From assembly GCA_051887095.1 (NCBI GenBank), contig JBJEYY010000115.1, forward strand, positions 1 to 46,176: 46,176 bases of DNA. Reading direction: 5' to 3'. Below, piece by piece: positions 36,847 to 45,070 of this stretch. Made by a program: the position numbers and the translations under genes. The notes under the pieces were generated by a model that was not told where the DNA came from, searched no databases, and saw nothing but the letters and a program-made list of their open reading frames with translations. This DNA comes from Faecousia sp. (GTDB lineage Bacteria; Bacillota; Clostridia; Oscillospirales; Oscillospiraceae). Numbering within the stretch: position 1 is the stretch's first letter; each line of letters begins with the position of its first letter.

Positions 36847-37599
36847 TCATCCTCTCGCCATTTCCCACATCACAATGGTTGCCGCCACGGCCGCGTTCAG
36901 GGATTCGCAGTGGGGATTCATGGGGATAATCAGCTCCGCGTCGGCGCTGCTGAGGATTTCCTTCCGGACCCCCTGGCCCTCACTTCCGATGACCACCGCC
37001 ATGGTCCCCAACGCCGAGCGCCGGATGTCTCCTGAGCGCTCACTCAGCGCCGTGACGCCGATGGGAATTCCCTTCTCCCGGCAGGCATGGCGGGCCTGCT
37101 CCCAGGATACGCGAACCACATCCCGGCGGAAAACCGCGCCCATGCTGGCCCGGACAACCTTGTGACTGTAGGGATCGGCGCATCCTTCCAGCAGGGCCAC
37201 GGGGATATCCAGGGCATCCGCCGTCCGCAAAATGGTCCCCAGATTCCCGGGGTCCTGAATTCCATCCAGCAGCAGCATCCCGCCCCGGGGCTCCAATAGC
37301 CGCTGCGGAGGGATTTCACATACAAACAGCGCCCCCTGGGGGCTTTCCATGGGGGAAACGGACTGCATCACATCGGCGCTTACCCAAACCAGCCGCACCG
37401 AATCCGGCACCCGAGCTTCCACGCCCTCGGACAGAATCACGGTTTTCAGTCCCGGGCAGTGGCGCACCGCCTCCTCCAGGAGCTTGGTGCCGTCGCCCAC
37501 GAAAAGTCCCGCTTCCTCCCGGGCTTTTCTGGAGGACAGCAGCTTTCTCAGCTGCTGGATCAGGGGATTCTTCCGGGAGGTAATGTACTCCCCGGTCAT
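36847..37599 (-). CDS. TrmH/SpoU-family RNA methyltransferase
   Basis: QDPGNLGTILRTADA, IGSEGQG, ESLNAAVAA SPOUT motifs. Confidence 0.93.
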   Translation of the reverse strand: MTGEYITSRKNPLIQQLRKLLSSRKAREEAGLFVGDGTKLLEEAVRHCPGLKTVILSEGVEARVPDSVRLVWVSADVMQSVSPMESPQGALFVCEIPPQRLLEPRGGMLLLDGIQDPGNLGTILRTADALDIPVALLEGCADPYSHKVVRASMGAVFRRDVVRVSWEQARHACREKGIPIGVTALSERSGDIRRSALGTMAVVIGSEGQGVRKEILSSADAELIIPMNPHCESLNAAVAATIVMWEMARG

Positions 37600-38243
37600 A
37601 GCTTCTGCACCGTTTCCAGGGCGTAGTTATCTCCCAGCACCACCATGATATCCCCTTCCCGGATCTGATAATCCGCCGCAGGGGACACATTGGTCTTTTT
37701 GCCGCTTTCCACGGCGATGATGTTCACGCCCAGTTTCGCCCGGACATTCAGCTCCCGCAGGGTCTTTCCGATCCAGCTTGCCGGGGCGGGGATGTCCAGA
37801 ATGCCGTACTCCTCGGAAAGCTCGATGTAATCGAGCACATTGTGCCGCACCAGACTTCTGGCGAAGCGCTTGGCGTGCTCCTGCTCCGGAATCAGCACCC
37901 GGCTGACCCCCAGCCGCTCCAGAACCCGGCGGTGGGTTTCGTCGTGGGCCTTGCACACGATCTGGGCCACCCCCAGCTCCTGGAGATTCATCACCGTCAG
38001 CACCGACGCGGCCAGATTGTCGCCGATGGCCACGATGGCGCAGTCAAAATTCCTGGCCCCCAGTGCCTTCAGCACTTCCTTGTCCTGGCCGTCGGCGGTG
38101 ACGGCGTGGGTCACATCGTTTGCAACCTGCTGCACCAGCTCCTGGCGCACATCCATGGCCAGCACCTCGGCGCCCAGGCTGCACAGCTCCCGTGCCAGGG
38201 CTTCTCCGAAGAGGCCCAAACCAATAACCATATAGGATTTCAT
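37596..38243 (-). CDS. ktrA: Potassium uptake regulatory subunit (KtrA/TrkA family)
   Basis: VIGLGLFG RCK_N and RCK_C domains; next to ktrB. Confidence 0.9.
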   Translation of the reverse strand: MKSYMVIGLGLFGEALARELCSLGAEVLAMDVRQELVQQVANDVTHAVTADGQDKEVLKALGARNFDCAIVAIGDNLAASVLTVMNLQELGVAQIVCKAHDETHRRVLERLGVSRVLIPEQEHAKRFARSLVRHNVLDYIELSEEYGILDIPAPASWIGKTLRELNVRAKLGVNIIAVESGKKTNVSPAADYQIREGDIMVVLGDNYALETVQKL

Positions 38244-38256
38244 AATAACCTCCTGT

Positions 38257-39636
38257 TTATCCGATCAGCAGACTGGTTTCTGCGTAATGATACCGCTCCT
38301 GAGCCCGGTTCCCCATGAGGAAGCCCAGGCTGATGGTCAGCACGCCCACCCGTCCAAAATACATGTAAATGATAATCATAATCTGGGCGGGAATGCTCAA
38401 ACTCCCCGTAGCCCCGGCGGAAAGCCCCACGGTTCCCAAGGCGGAAACCGCTTCATACAGAGCATCCGTAAAGCCGATGGGAGAAGTGGCGCTGATAAAT
38501 ACCCCTCCGAACACAGCCAGGGCAATCATCAGCATGGCGATGGTCATGGCGTCCAGCACCTGGCTCTGGGGAACCGTCCGGCTGTAAACACACACACTGT
38601 TTTTGCCCCGGGCCCTGGACCAGGCGAACAGCACCAACACAAAGAAGGTGACGGTTTTGAGGCCCCCCGCCGTGGAGCCGGAGGAGCCGCCGATGAGCAT
38701 CAGCACCATGGCAAAGCCCTTCCCCGCGCCGGTCAGCTTCCCCTGATCCAGCGCCGCGAAGCCCGCGGTACGCAGGGTTACCGACTGGAAGAAGCCGTTC
38801 AGGAGCTTCTGCCCCACGTTCATGGGGCCCAGGGTATCCGGATTGTTCCACTCCAGCAGGCAGGTGACCACCCAGCCGGTCAGAATCAGCGCCAGAGTTG
38901 CCACCAGTACCAGCCGGGTATACACGCTGAATTTCCGGAAGCGCCGCCTCTCCCAGACTTCCTGCCAAACCTGGAAGCCCAGGCCCCCCACCACAATCAG
39001 CGCGGAAAGCGTGAGCAGCACCACCGGGTCGGACTGGAAGGGGATCATGCTCTGGCCCGGGGCAATCCTTCCCAGGATATCGAAGCCCGCGTTGCAGAAG
39101 GCGGAAACGGAGTGGAAAATGCCCCATTTTAACGCGGTTGGAAAACCATATTTCGGCCAGAACCGTACCGTCAGAATCAGAGCGCCCATAGCTTCCATGG
39201 ACAGGCTCCCGATCAGCACGGTTTTCTGGATGCGCACCACGCCCTCCATATCATTCAGGCTCAGGGCCTGGGCCATCACCATCCGCTGCTTCAGGCCGAT
39301 GCGCTTGCGCAAAACAAAGACCACCAGCGTGGCGGCGGACATAAAGCCCAGCCCGCCAATTTCAATGAGGCCCAGAATTACCGCCTGGCCGAAGCCACTC
39401 CACTGGGTCCAGGTGTCATACAGTACCAGCCCTGTGACGCAAGTAGCGGAGGTGGCGGTAAACAGCGCCGGACGGAAGCCGCAGGATATTCCGCTGCGGC
39501 TGGCCGCGGGAAGCGACAGCAGCAGCGTCCCCACAAGAATAATCACCGCGAAGGTGACGGCAATGATTTTGGTTGGGCTCAATGCTTTGGGCCTTTTTCG
39601 CTGCCAGAAGGAAAGCAGCCTGGAATAAATTCTCAA
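38257..39636 (-). CDS. ktrB: Potassium uptake membrane subunit (KtrB/TrkH family)
   Basis: SATCVTGL, SAFCNAGF, RTAGF, GSTAGGLK, GTVGLS pore motifs. Confidence 0.93.
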   Translation of the reverse strand: MRIYSRLLSFWQRKRPKALSPTKIIAVTFAVIILVGTLLLSLPAASRSGISCGFRPALFTATSATCVTGLVLYDTWTQWSGFGQAVILGLIEIGGLGFMSAATLVVFVLRKRIGLKQRMVMAQALSLNDMEGVVRIQKTVLIGSLSMEAMGALILTVRFWPKYGFPTALKWGIFHSVSAFCNAGFDILGRIAPGQSMIPFQSDPVVLLTLSALIVVGGLGFQVWQEVWERRRFRKFSVYTRLVLVATLALILTGWVVTCLLEWNNPDTLGPMNVGQKLLNGFFQSVTLRTAGFAALDQGKLTGAGKGFAMVLMLIGGSSGSTAGGLKTVTFFVLVLFAWSRARGKNSVCVYSRTVPQSQVLDAMTIAMLMIALAVFGGVFISATSPIGFTDALYEAVSALGTVGLSAGATGSLSIPAQIMIIIYMYFGRVGVLTISLGFLMGNRAQERYHYAETSLLIG

Positions 39637-39690
39637 TTTTATCTCCTTCCTCGAGAAAAACGCGACGGAACAGACGTATAGATGATCCTT

Positions 39691-39718
39691 ATTATAACAA
39701 CTTTCCGATCTTTTTCAA
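39691..39718 (-). promoter_or_regulatory. Promoter of the ktrB...rnc run
   Basis: TTGAAA-16 bp-TATAAT with a TG extension. Confidence 0.55.
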
Positions 39719-39759
39719 CCCCTAATCCCAGTCCTATCAGCAGAATGCACAAGAATTCC

Positions 39760-39788
39760 TTTACAATCAGCCTGTCGTGTGCTATCAT
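39760..39788 (+). promoter_or_regulatory. Promoter for ade
   Basis: TTTACA-17 bp-TATCAT with a TG extension. Confidence 0.55.
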
Positions 39789-39814
39789 TGTGAAAACTTT
39801 GAGAGGGTGATTGT

Positions 39815-41548
39815 ATGGCTTACACCGAAACCTGGTCCGGAAAAATCAGCCGCAAGCTGATGAAAAAGCAACGCATCATTGACGTAGCCGCCGGGAGAGC
39901 CCCCGCCGACCTGGTGCTGAAAAACGCGACCTATGTCAACGTATTCTCCGGGGAGCTGGAAAACCGGGACATTGCCGTGGCCGAGGGCCTCATTGTGGGC
40001 CTGGGCAGCTACGCGGGCATGGAAGAAGTGGACATGACCGGGAAAATCGTCTGCCCCGGCTTCATCGATGCCCACATTCACCTGGAATCCAGTCTGGTTT
40101 CCCCGGCGGAATTCGCCCGGGCGGTGATTCCCCACGGCACCACCACGGTGATTACCGATCCCCACGAGATCACCAACGTCATGGGGGAAGCCGGAATCGA
40201 GTATATGCTGGCCGCCACCGAGGGTCTTCCTGTAGATGTGCGGTTCATGATTCCCTCCTGCGTCCCTGCCTCGCCTATGGACGAAAGCGGCGCCAACCTG
40301 GACTACCGGGACATTGACAGCTTTTTCGAGCATCCCCGGGTCCAGGGTCTGGCGGAGATGATGAACTTCCCCGGAATCATTTCCGCCGACTCCGAGGCCG
40401 TGGCCAAAATCGTGGCCTCCCAGGCCCACCATAAGAAAATTGACGGCCACGCCCCCGGCCTCCGGGGCAATGACCTGAACGCCTATATCTCCGCCGGCGT
40501 CTACTCCGACCACGAATGCGCCGATATGGCGGATGCCCTGGAAAAGCTCCGCCTGGGCCAGTTCATCATGATCCGGGAGGGCACCGCGGCAAAGAATCTG
40601 GAAGCGCTGATGCCCCTGATTTTGTCGGAAAAGTATTACGACCGGTGCATGTTCTGCACCGATGACAAGCACCCCAGCGACCTGCTGGAGAAGGGCCATA
40701 TCGACTATATCTGCCGGGAGGCCGTCCGCATGGGGGCCGACCCCATCCGCACCGTCCAGGTGGCCTGTCTCCACGCCGCCCGGTACTTCCTGCTGAACAA
40801 CCGGGGTGCCATCGCCCCCGGATACCTGGCGGACTTTGCCATTGTGGAGGATTTGAAGGACTTCCATGTGGTCACCGTGTACAAGAAGGGTCATCTGGTC
40901 TATCAGGACGGACAGGTTGCGGATTTCCCCCTCCCCGTCATCCCGGAGCATCTGACCCGGCTGGCCCACGATACCTTCCACCTTCCGGTGCTGACCCCCG
41001 CCAGTTTCTCCGAAACCCGGCGCAAGGGGCTCATCGGCATGGTGCCGGGGCAGATCATCACTATGGACGCGGGCTACGCCGACGGCGTGGACGTGACCCG
41101 GGACATCCTGAAAATGGCCGTCATCGAGCGCCACAAGAACACCCGCCACATCGGCATTGGCTATCTGACCGGCTATGGCCTGAAAGCGGGCGCCGTAGCC
41201 ACCAGCGTGTCCCACGACAGCCATAACATCATCTGCGTGGGGGAAAACGACGAGGACATGGCCCTGGCCTCCAACCGCATCGCTGAAAATAGGGGCGGCA
41301 TCGTAGTTGTCCGGGACGGAAGCGTTCTTGCGGAGCTGCCCCTGGAAATCGCAGGCATCATGAGCGACCGCCCTCTGGAGGAAGTGAACACCCTGCTGGA
41401 AAGCGCCAAAGCCGCCGCCTACACCCTGGGGGTCTCCCGGGACATCGACCCCTTCATGACCCTCTCCTTTATGGCCCTGCCCGTCATCCCAACCCTGCGC
41501 CTGACCACCCGTGGCGTCATCGATGTGAATACCCAGCAGTATATCTAA
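39815..41548 (+). CDS. ade: Adenine deaminase
   Basis: PGFIDAHIHLESS, DPHEI, DGHAP, SDHEC, CTDD, SHDSHN. Confidence 0.95.
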   Translation: MAYTETWSGKISRKLMKKQRIIDVAAGRAPADLVLKNATYVNVFSGELENRDIAVAEGLIVGLGSYAGMEEVDMTGKIVCPGFIDAHIHLESSLVSPAEFARAVIPHGTTTVITDPHEITNVMGEAGIEYMLAATEGLPVDVRFMIPSCVPASPMDESGANLDYRDIDSFFEHPRVQGLAEMMNFPGIISADSEAVAKIVASQAHHKKIDGHAPGLRGNDLNAYISAGVYSDHECADMADALEKLRLGQFIMIREGTAAKNLEALMPLILSEKYYDRCMFCTDDKHPSDLLEKGHIDYICREAVRMGADPIRTVQVACLHAARYFLLNNRGAIAPGYLADFAIVEDLKDFHVVTVYKKGHLVYQDGQVADFPLPVIPEHLTRLAHDTFHLPVLTPASFSETRRKGLIGMVPGQIITMDAGYADGVDVTRDILKMAVIERHKNTRHIGIGYLTGYGLKAGAVATSVSHDSHNIICVGENDEDMALASNRIAENRGGIVVVRDGSVLAELPLEIAGIMSDRPLEEVNTLLESAKAAAYTLGVSRDIDPFMTLSFMALPVIPTLRLTTRGVIDVNTQQYI

Positions 41549-41564
41549 GGAATCTCTGACAACG

Positions 41565-41593
41565 AAAAAAGCACGCCGAAGCGTGCTTTTTTT
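41565..41593. terminator. Bidirectional intrinsic terminator between ade and tRNA-Asp
   Basis: AAAAAA-GCACGC-CGAA-GCGTGC-TTTTTTT. Confidence 0.85.
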
Positions 41594-41594
41594 C

Positions 41595-41671
41595 TGGCGA
41601 CCCGGAACGGACTCGAACCGTCGACCTCCAGCGTGACAGGCTGGCGTGCTAACCGACTGCACCACCGGGCC
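41595..41671 (-). tRNA. tRNA-Asp(GTC)
   Basis: GGCCCGGTGGTGCAGTCGGTTAGCACGCCAGCCTGTCACGCTGGAGGTCGACGGTTCGAGTCCGTTCCGGGTCGCCA: 77-nt cloverleaf, GTC anticodon, encoded CCA. Confidence 0.97.
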
Positions 41672-41693
41672 AAATCTCCTTGGAACGGGTCGT

Positions 41694-41722
41694 ATTATAT
41701 CAGACAAAGCCGGATTTGTAAA
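41694..41722 (-). promoter_or_regulatory. tRNA promoter
   Basis: TTTACA-17 bp-TATAAT with a TG extension. Confidence 0.7.
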
Positions 41723-41790
41723 GACCCAAAATGCAAACCGGAGCATTTTTTTCACTGATCCGATTATTGGGTGTCATTATAAAAAACGCT

Positions 41791-41978
41791 AAATTGTTGT
41801 TTACGCTACACGTTCAAAGTTTTCTGTCATTGCGAACCAGTCCGCAGACTGGTGTGGCAATCCCCTGGTAAAAAGGGGAAACGTAACGAAAACCGCCCTA
41901 AATTCTTCGGGGATTGCCACGCCAGTGTGCGCACTGGCTCGCAATGACAGCTTTTTTGGGAGCGCTAAACAACAATTT
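41791..41978. repeat. REP-doublet element copy 8 (core 41824-41950, spacer B; inverted near-twin of copy 2)
   Basis: Perfect outer IR; spacer identical to the reverse complement of copy 2's spacer. Confidence 0.92.
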
Positions 41979-42024
41979 ATCGCATTACTGACACAGCCTG
42001 ATTAACATATAAGGAGGCACTTCA

Positions 42025-42501
42025 ATGGAGTACATCACCCACTACAATTCCCCTCTGGGGCCGCTGACCCTCTCCGCCGACGAGGCGGGGCTCACAGGGA
42101 TTTCCTTTTCCTCACCCTCCGCAGTTACGGATGACAATGCCGTTCTGAGCCAGACAAAGCGCTGGCTGGACGCCTATTTCCAGGGAGAAGCACCGGACCC
42201 CGCTTCCGTTCCCCTCTCCCTCCGTGGAACCCCATTCCAACTTCTCGTCTGGGACCGTCTTCTGACCATTCCCTATGGGGGCAGTGTTACCTACGGGGAG
42301 CTTGCCCGGGAAGCGACGCAGCACCTGGGAAAGCGCGCCATGTCCGCCCAGGCCATCGGCGGTGCAGTTGGCCGCAACCCCATTCCCATCTTAATCCCCT
42401 GTCACCGGGTTCTGGGCTCCGGGAGCCGCCTCACCGGCTACTCCGGCGGCCTCCACATCAAAATCTGGCTCCTCACCCACGAAGGCTGCCCTTTCCGCTA
42501 A
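42025..42501 (+). CDS. ogt: Methylated-DNA--protein-cysteine methyltransferase
   Basis: GTPFQ, IPYG..VTYG, NPIPILIPCHRV active site; AAGGAGG RBS. Confidence 0.94.
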   Translation: MEYITHYNSPLGPLTLSADEAGLTGISFSSPSAVTDDNAVLSQTKRWLDAYFQGEAPDPASVPLSLRGTPFQLLVWDRLLTIPYGGSVTYGELAREATQHLGKRAMSAQAIGGAVGRNPIPILIPCHRVLGSGSRLTGYSGGLHIKIWLLTHEGCPFR

Positions 42502-42530
42502 CCACACATCCCACTGTCCGACAAAAAACG

Positions 42531-42705
42531 CTGTCATTGCGAGCCAGTGCGCACACTGGCGTGGCAATCCCCCGGATCTTCCGGAATGTACGAAAAACGG
42601 ACAAGCGCCTTAACAAACCATCCTGAAAAGTTGGGAGATTGCCACACCAGGCTGCGGCCTGGTTCGCAATGACAGTTTCTTTTTTCGTGCGCTAAACGAC
42701 AATTC
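42531..42705. repeat. REP-doublet element copy 9 (core 42531-42675, third spacer type C)
   Basis: Two inverted REP units; right outer end TAAACGACAATTC. Confidence 0.88.
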
Positions 42706-42736
42706 ATCTGTCAGGCCGCGGCAGCCCCATTTCATT

Positions 42737-44101
42737 TTACCGTATTTCCGGCTCCAAACCACAGGCGCGGATGCGGCTGCGAAGCCAGGTACCGCGAAAA
42801 TACGCAGCGAAGAATACCGTAGAGGCCAGGGCCCAGCTGATGGGGTAAGCCGCGGCCAGCATCTCGATGGTGTGCATCCTGCTTACCACCAGGAAAATCC
42901 AGATCACCCGAAAAACGCATACGCACACGCAGGTTATTGCCGTTGGCAGCAGGGAATACCCGGTGCCCCGCATGGTTCCCGCAAACACCTCCACCGGCAT
43001 GAACAGGATGTTGAAGGGGACAATGCACATCATCACATGGGCCCCCACCCGGATCACATCGGCGTCCGGGGTGTAGATGCCCAGAATAAACCTCCGGAAG
43101 GTCAGCGTCAGAATGCTCAAGGTCCCCACCAGAGCCACGCTCATGCCCATGCAGATCCACACGCTCTGGCGAATTCGCTTGTACTGCTGGGCTCCAAAAT
43201 TCTGGCCCACGAAGGTGGTTATCGACACGCCGAAAGCCCCGGAGATTATCCAGGTCAGCGCATCCGCCTTGCCGAAGGCCGTCCAGGCAGCCACCGTCAC
43301 CTCCCCGAAGGAATTGATGCCGGACTGAATCAATAGATTCGCCAGGTCGAAGGTCACATACTGCAGCCCCGCCGGAACACCGATGTACAGCAGCCGCCGG
43401 ACCAGCTGCCGGTGAATCCGGATTTTCTTTACGGACAATCCGCTTTTGAACAGTGCCGCAACCACCAAGGCCGCGCTGATAACCTGGGAAATCACCGTGG
43501 CAGCTGCTACACCCGCAATGCCCATTTTCAGCACCACCACACACAGCAGATCCATAGCGATGTTCACAAAACAGGCGGCAATAAGGTACAGCATCGGTCT
43601 TCTGGAATCCCCCATGGCCCGCAGGATTCCCGCTCCCATGTTATAGACCATGGAGGCAATGGCCCCGCTGAAATAAATCCGCACATAGAGGGCGGCATCT
43701 TCCCGGCAGCACTCCGGTGTCCGGATCAGAGCCAGAATCCGGGGTCCGAAGCTCACGCCAACGGCAGCCGTCAAAAGTCCCAGGATCAGCGACAGCGCCA
43801 CCCCGGTATGGAGCGCCCGGTCGGTGCCCTCCCGGTCATTGGCCCCGTAATACTGGGACAGAATCACCGTGGCCCCGGTGCTCAGGCCAATGAAAAACCC
43901 GTTAATCAGGTTAATCAGCGGAGACGTGGAGCCCACCGCGGCCAGTGCCTGGGTTCCCACCGCCCGGCCCACGATGATGGTATCCACCGTATTGTACATC
44001 TGCTGGAAGAAAGAGCCCAGCAGAATGGGAAAGAAAAAGATCAGCAGCTGCTTCCAGATCACCCCCTGGGTGATTCCCCTTGCCGCATCATTACGGGACA
44101 T
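42737..44101 (-). CDS. MATE-family efflux transporter
   Basis: QQMYNTVDTIIVG, LRAMGDSRRP, GVAAATVISQ, FVGQNFGA. Confidence 0.93.
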   Translation of the reverse strand: MSRNDAARGITQGVIWKQLLIFFFPILLGSFFQQMYNTVDTIIVGRAVGTQALAAVGSTSPLINLINGFFIGLSTGATVILSQYYGANDREGTDRALHTGVALSLILGLLTAAVGVSFGPRILALIRTPECCREDAALYVRIYFSGAIASMVYNMGAGILRAMGDSRRPMLYLIAACFVNIAMDLLCVVVLKMGIAGVAAATVISQVISAALVVAALFKSGLSVKKIRIHRQLVRRLLYIGVPAGLQYVTFDLANLLIQSGINSFGEVTVAAWTAFGKADALTWIISGAFGVSITTFVGQNFGAQQYKRIRQSVWICMGMSVALVGTLSILTLTFRRFILGIYTPDADVIRVGAHVMMCIVPFNILFMPVEVFAGTMRGTGYSLLPTAITCVCVCVFRVIWIFLVVSRMHTIEMLAAAYPISWALASTVFFAAYFRGTWLRSRIRACGLEPEIR

Positions 44102-44144
44102 GAAACGCTTCTCCTTTCGCTGAAGGGATGAATTTCAAACAGAT

Positions 44145-44385
44145 AAATTGTTGTTTACATTACACGTTCCAAGTTTTCTGTCATTGCGAACCAGTCCGCA
44201 GACTGGTGTGGCAATCCCCCTGTTGAACGGAACCAAGTAACGATTACCGCAAAAAATCGCGACATCTCCCACTCTTCAGGGTGCTTTTCGGTACATTTCC
44301 CCCCTAACCGGGGGATTGCCACACCAGCGTGCGCGCTGGTTCGCAATGACAGGAAATATGAAACGTGTAGTGTAAACAACAATTT
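44145..44385. repeat. REP-doublet element copy 10 (core 44178-44352, spacer A reversed)
   Basis: Near-perfect long outer arms on both sides plus two inverted REP units. Confidence 0.92.
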
Positions 44386-44420
44386 ACCGAACGAGCGATT
44401 CTTGCTGTCCAATCCCCAAG

Positions 44421-44447
44421 AAATCCCCCGGATTTGTCATCCGGGGG
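44421..44447 (-). terminator. Probable terminator after the EamA gene
   Basis: CCCCCGGAT / ATCCGGGGG stem followed by ATTTCTT on the minus strand. Confidence 0.5.
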
Positions 44448-44469
44448 GTTCTTATGCAGAATTCGGGCT

Positions 44470-44883
44470 TCAGAGCACCATCAGCAACGTGCCCGCGCCG
44501 ATCAGCAGGCAGCCGATCAGGGACTTGGCATTCACCTTTTCATGCAGGAACACAAAGGCCAGCACCAGGGTGATGACCACACTCAGCTTATCCACGGGAA
44601 CCACCTTGGAGGCCTCTCCAATCTGCAGCGCCCGGTAGTAGCACAGCCAGGAAGCACCGGTTGCCAGCCCCGACAGGATCAGGAAAATCCAGCTTTTCCG
44701 GGAAATGCTGCCGATTCCCCCCTGGGCATTGGTCAAAAACACCATTCCCCAGGCCATAATCAGCACCACACAGGTTCTCAGGGCAGTGGCCAGATTGGAG
44801 TTAACCCCCTCAATTCCCGCCTTGGCAAGGATGGAGGTCAGCGCCGCGAATACGGCGGAAGCAAGCGCAAAGACGAACCACAT
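44470..44883 (-). CDS. EamA/DMT-family small transporter
   Basis: Five TM segments; LAKAGIEGVNSNLATALR, SKVVPVDKLS, FLHE. Confidence 0.9.
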   Translation of the reverse strand: MWFVFALASAVFAALTSILAKAGIEGVNSNLATALRTCVVLIMAWGMVFLTNAQGGIGSISRKSWIFLILSGLATGASWLCYYRALQIGEASKVVPVDKLSVVITLVLAFVFLHEKVNAKSLIGCLLIGAGTLLMVL

Positions 44884-45070
44884 TTCCAAATTCCCCCTTT
44901 TTTCATCGACGCCAGTATAGCACTTTCACTCTGATGCCGCAATAGCATTTTGTTGATTTTCCTTACAAAAACAAAAAGAATCCATGGAAAAACAAATGCC
45001 CTCTTCCCCGCACGGATGTAAGATAGCGATAAGAAAAGAAACCACCCCATTTTGCCGCAAGGAGGCCCCT

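Noticed and set aside
39637-39814. c-di-AMP riboswitch before ktrB or purine riboswitch before ade
   Set aside because: The predicted leaders are too short (roughly 50 and 20 nt) and no consensus motifs are visible.
41595-41671. tRNA-Asp as an integration site
   Set aside because: No integrase is present and I saw no duplicated tRNA 3' end; the 3' side abuts a terminator and ade.
39785-41755. 656-aa antisense ORF over ade and tRNA-Asp
   Set aside because: Shadow frame produced by GC-rich codon usage; it overlaps a clear gene and a tRNA and has no recognisable motif.
591-44352. Recurrent palindromic repeats as a CRISPR array
   Set aside because: Units are dispersed, paired in inverted orientation and reuse the same spacers; there is no tandem array and no cas gene.
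425-44412. Short ORFs carrying SLRTSAHAGVAIP / GIATPVCGLVRNDR peptides (e.g. 425-769, 433-759, 3179-3433, 22177-22626, 27668-27910, 28658-28867, 44155-44412)
   Set aside because: They are translations of the repeat element in several frames and on both strands, without convincing RBSs.
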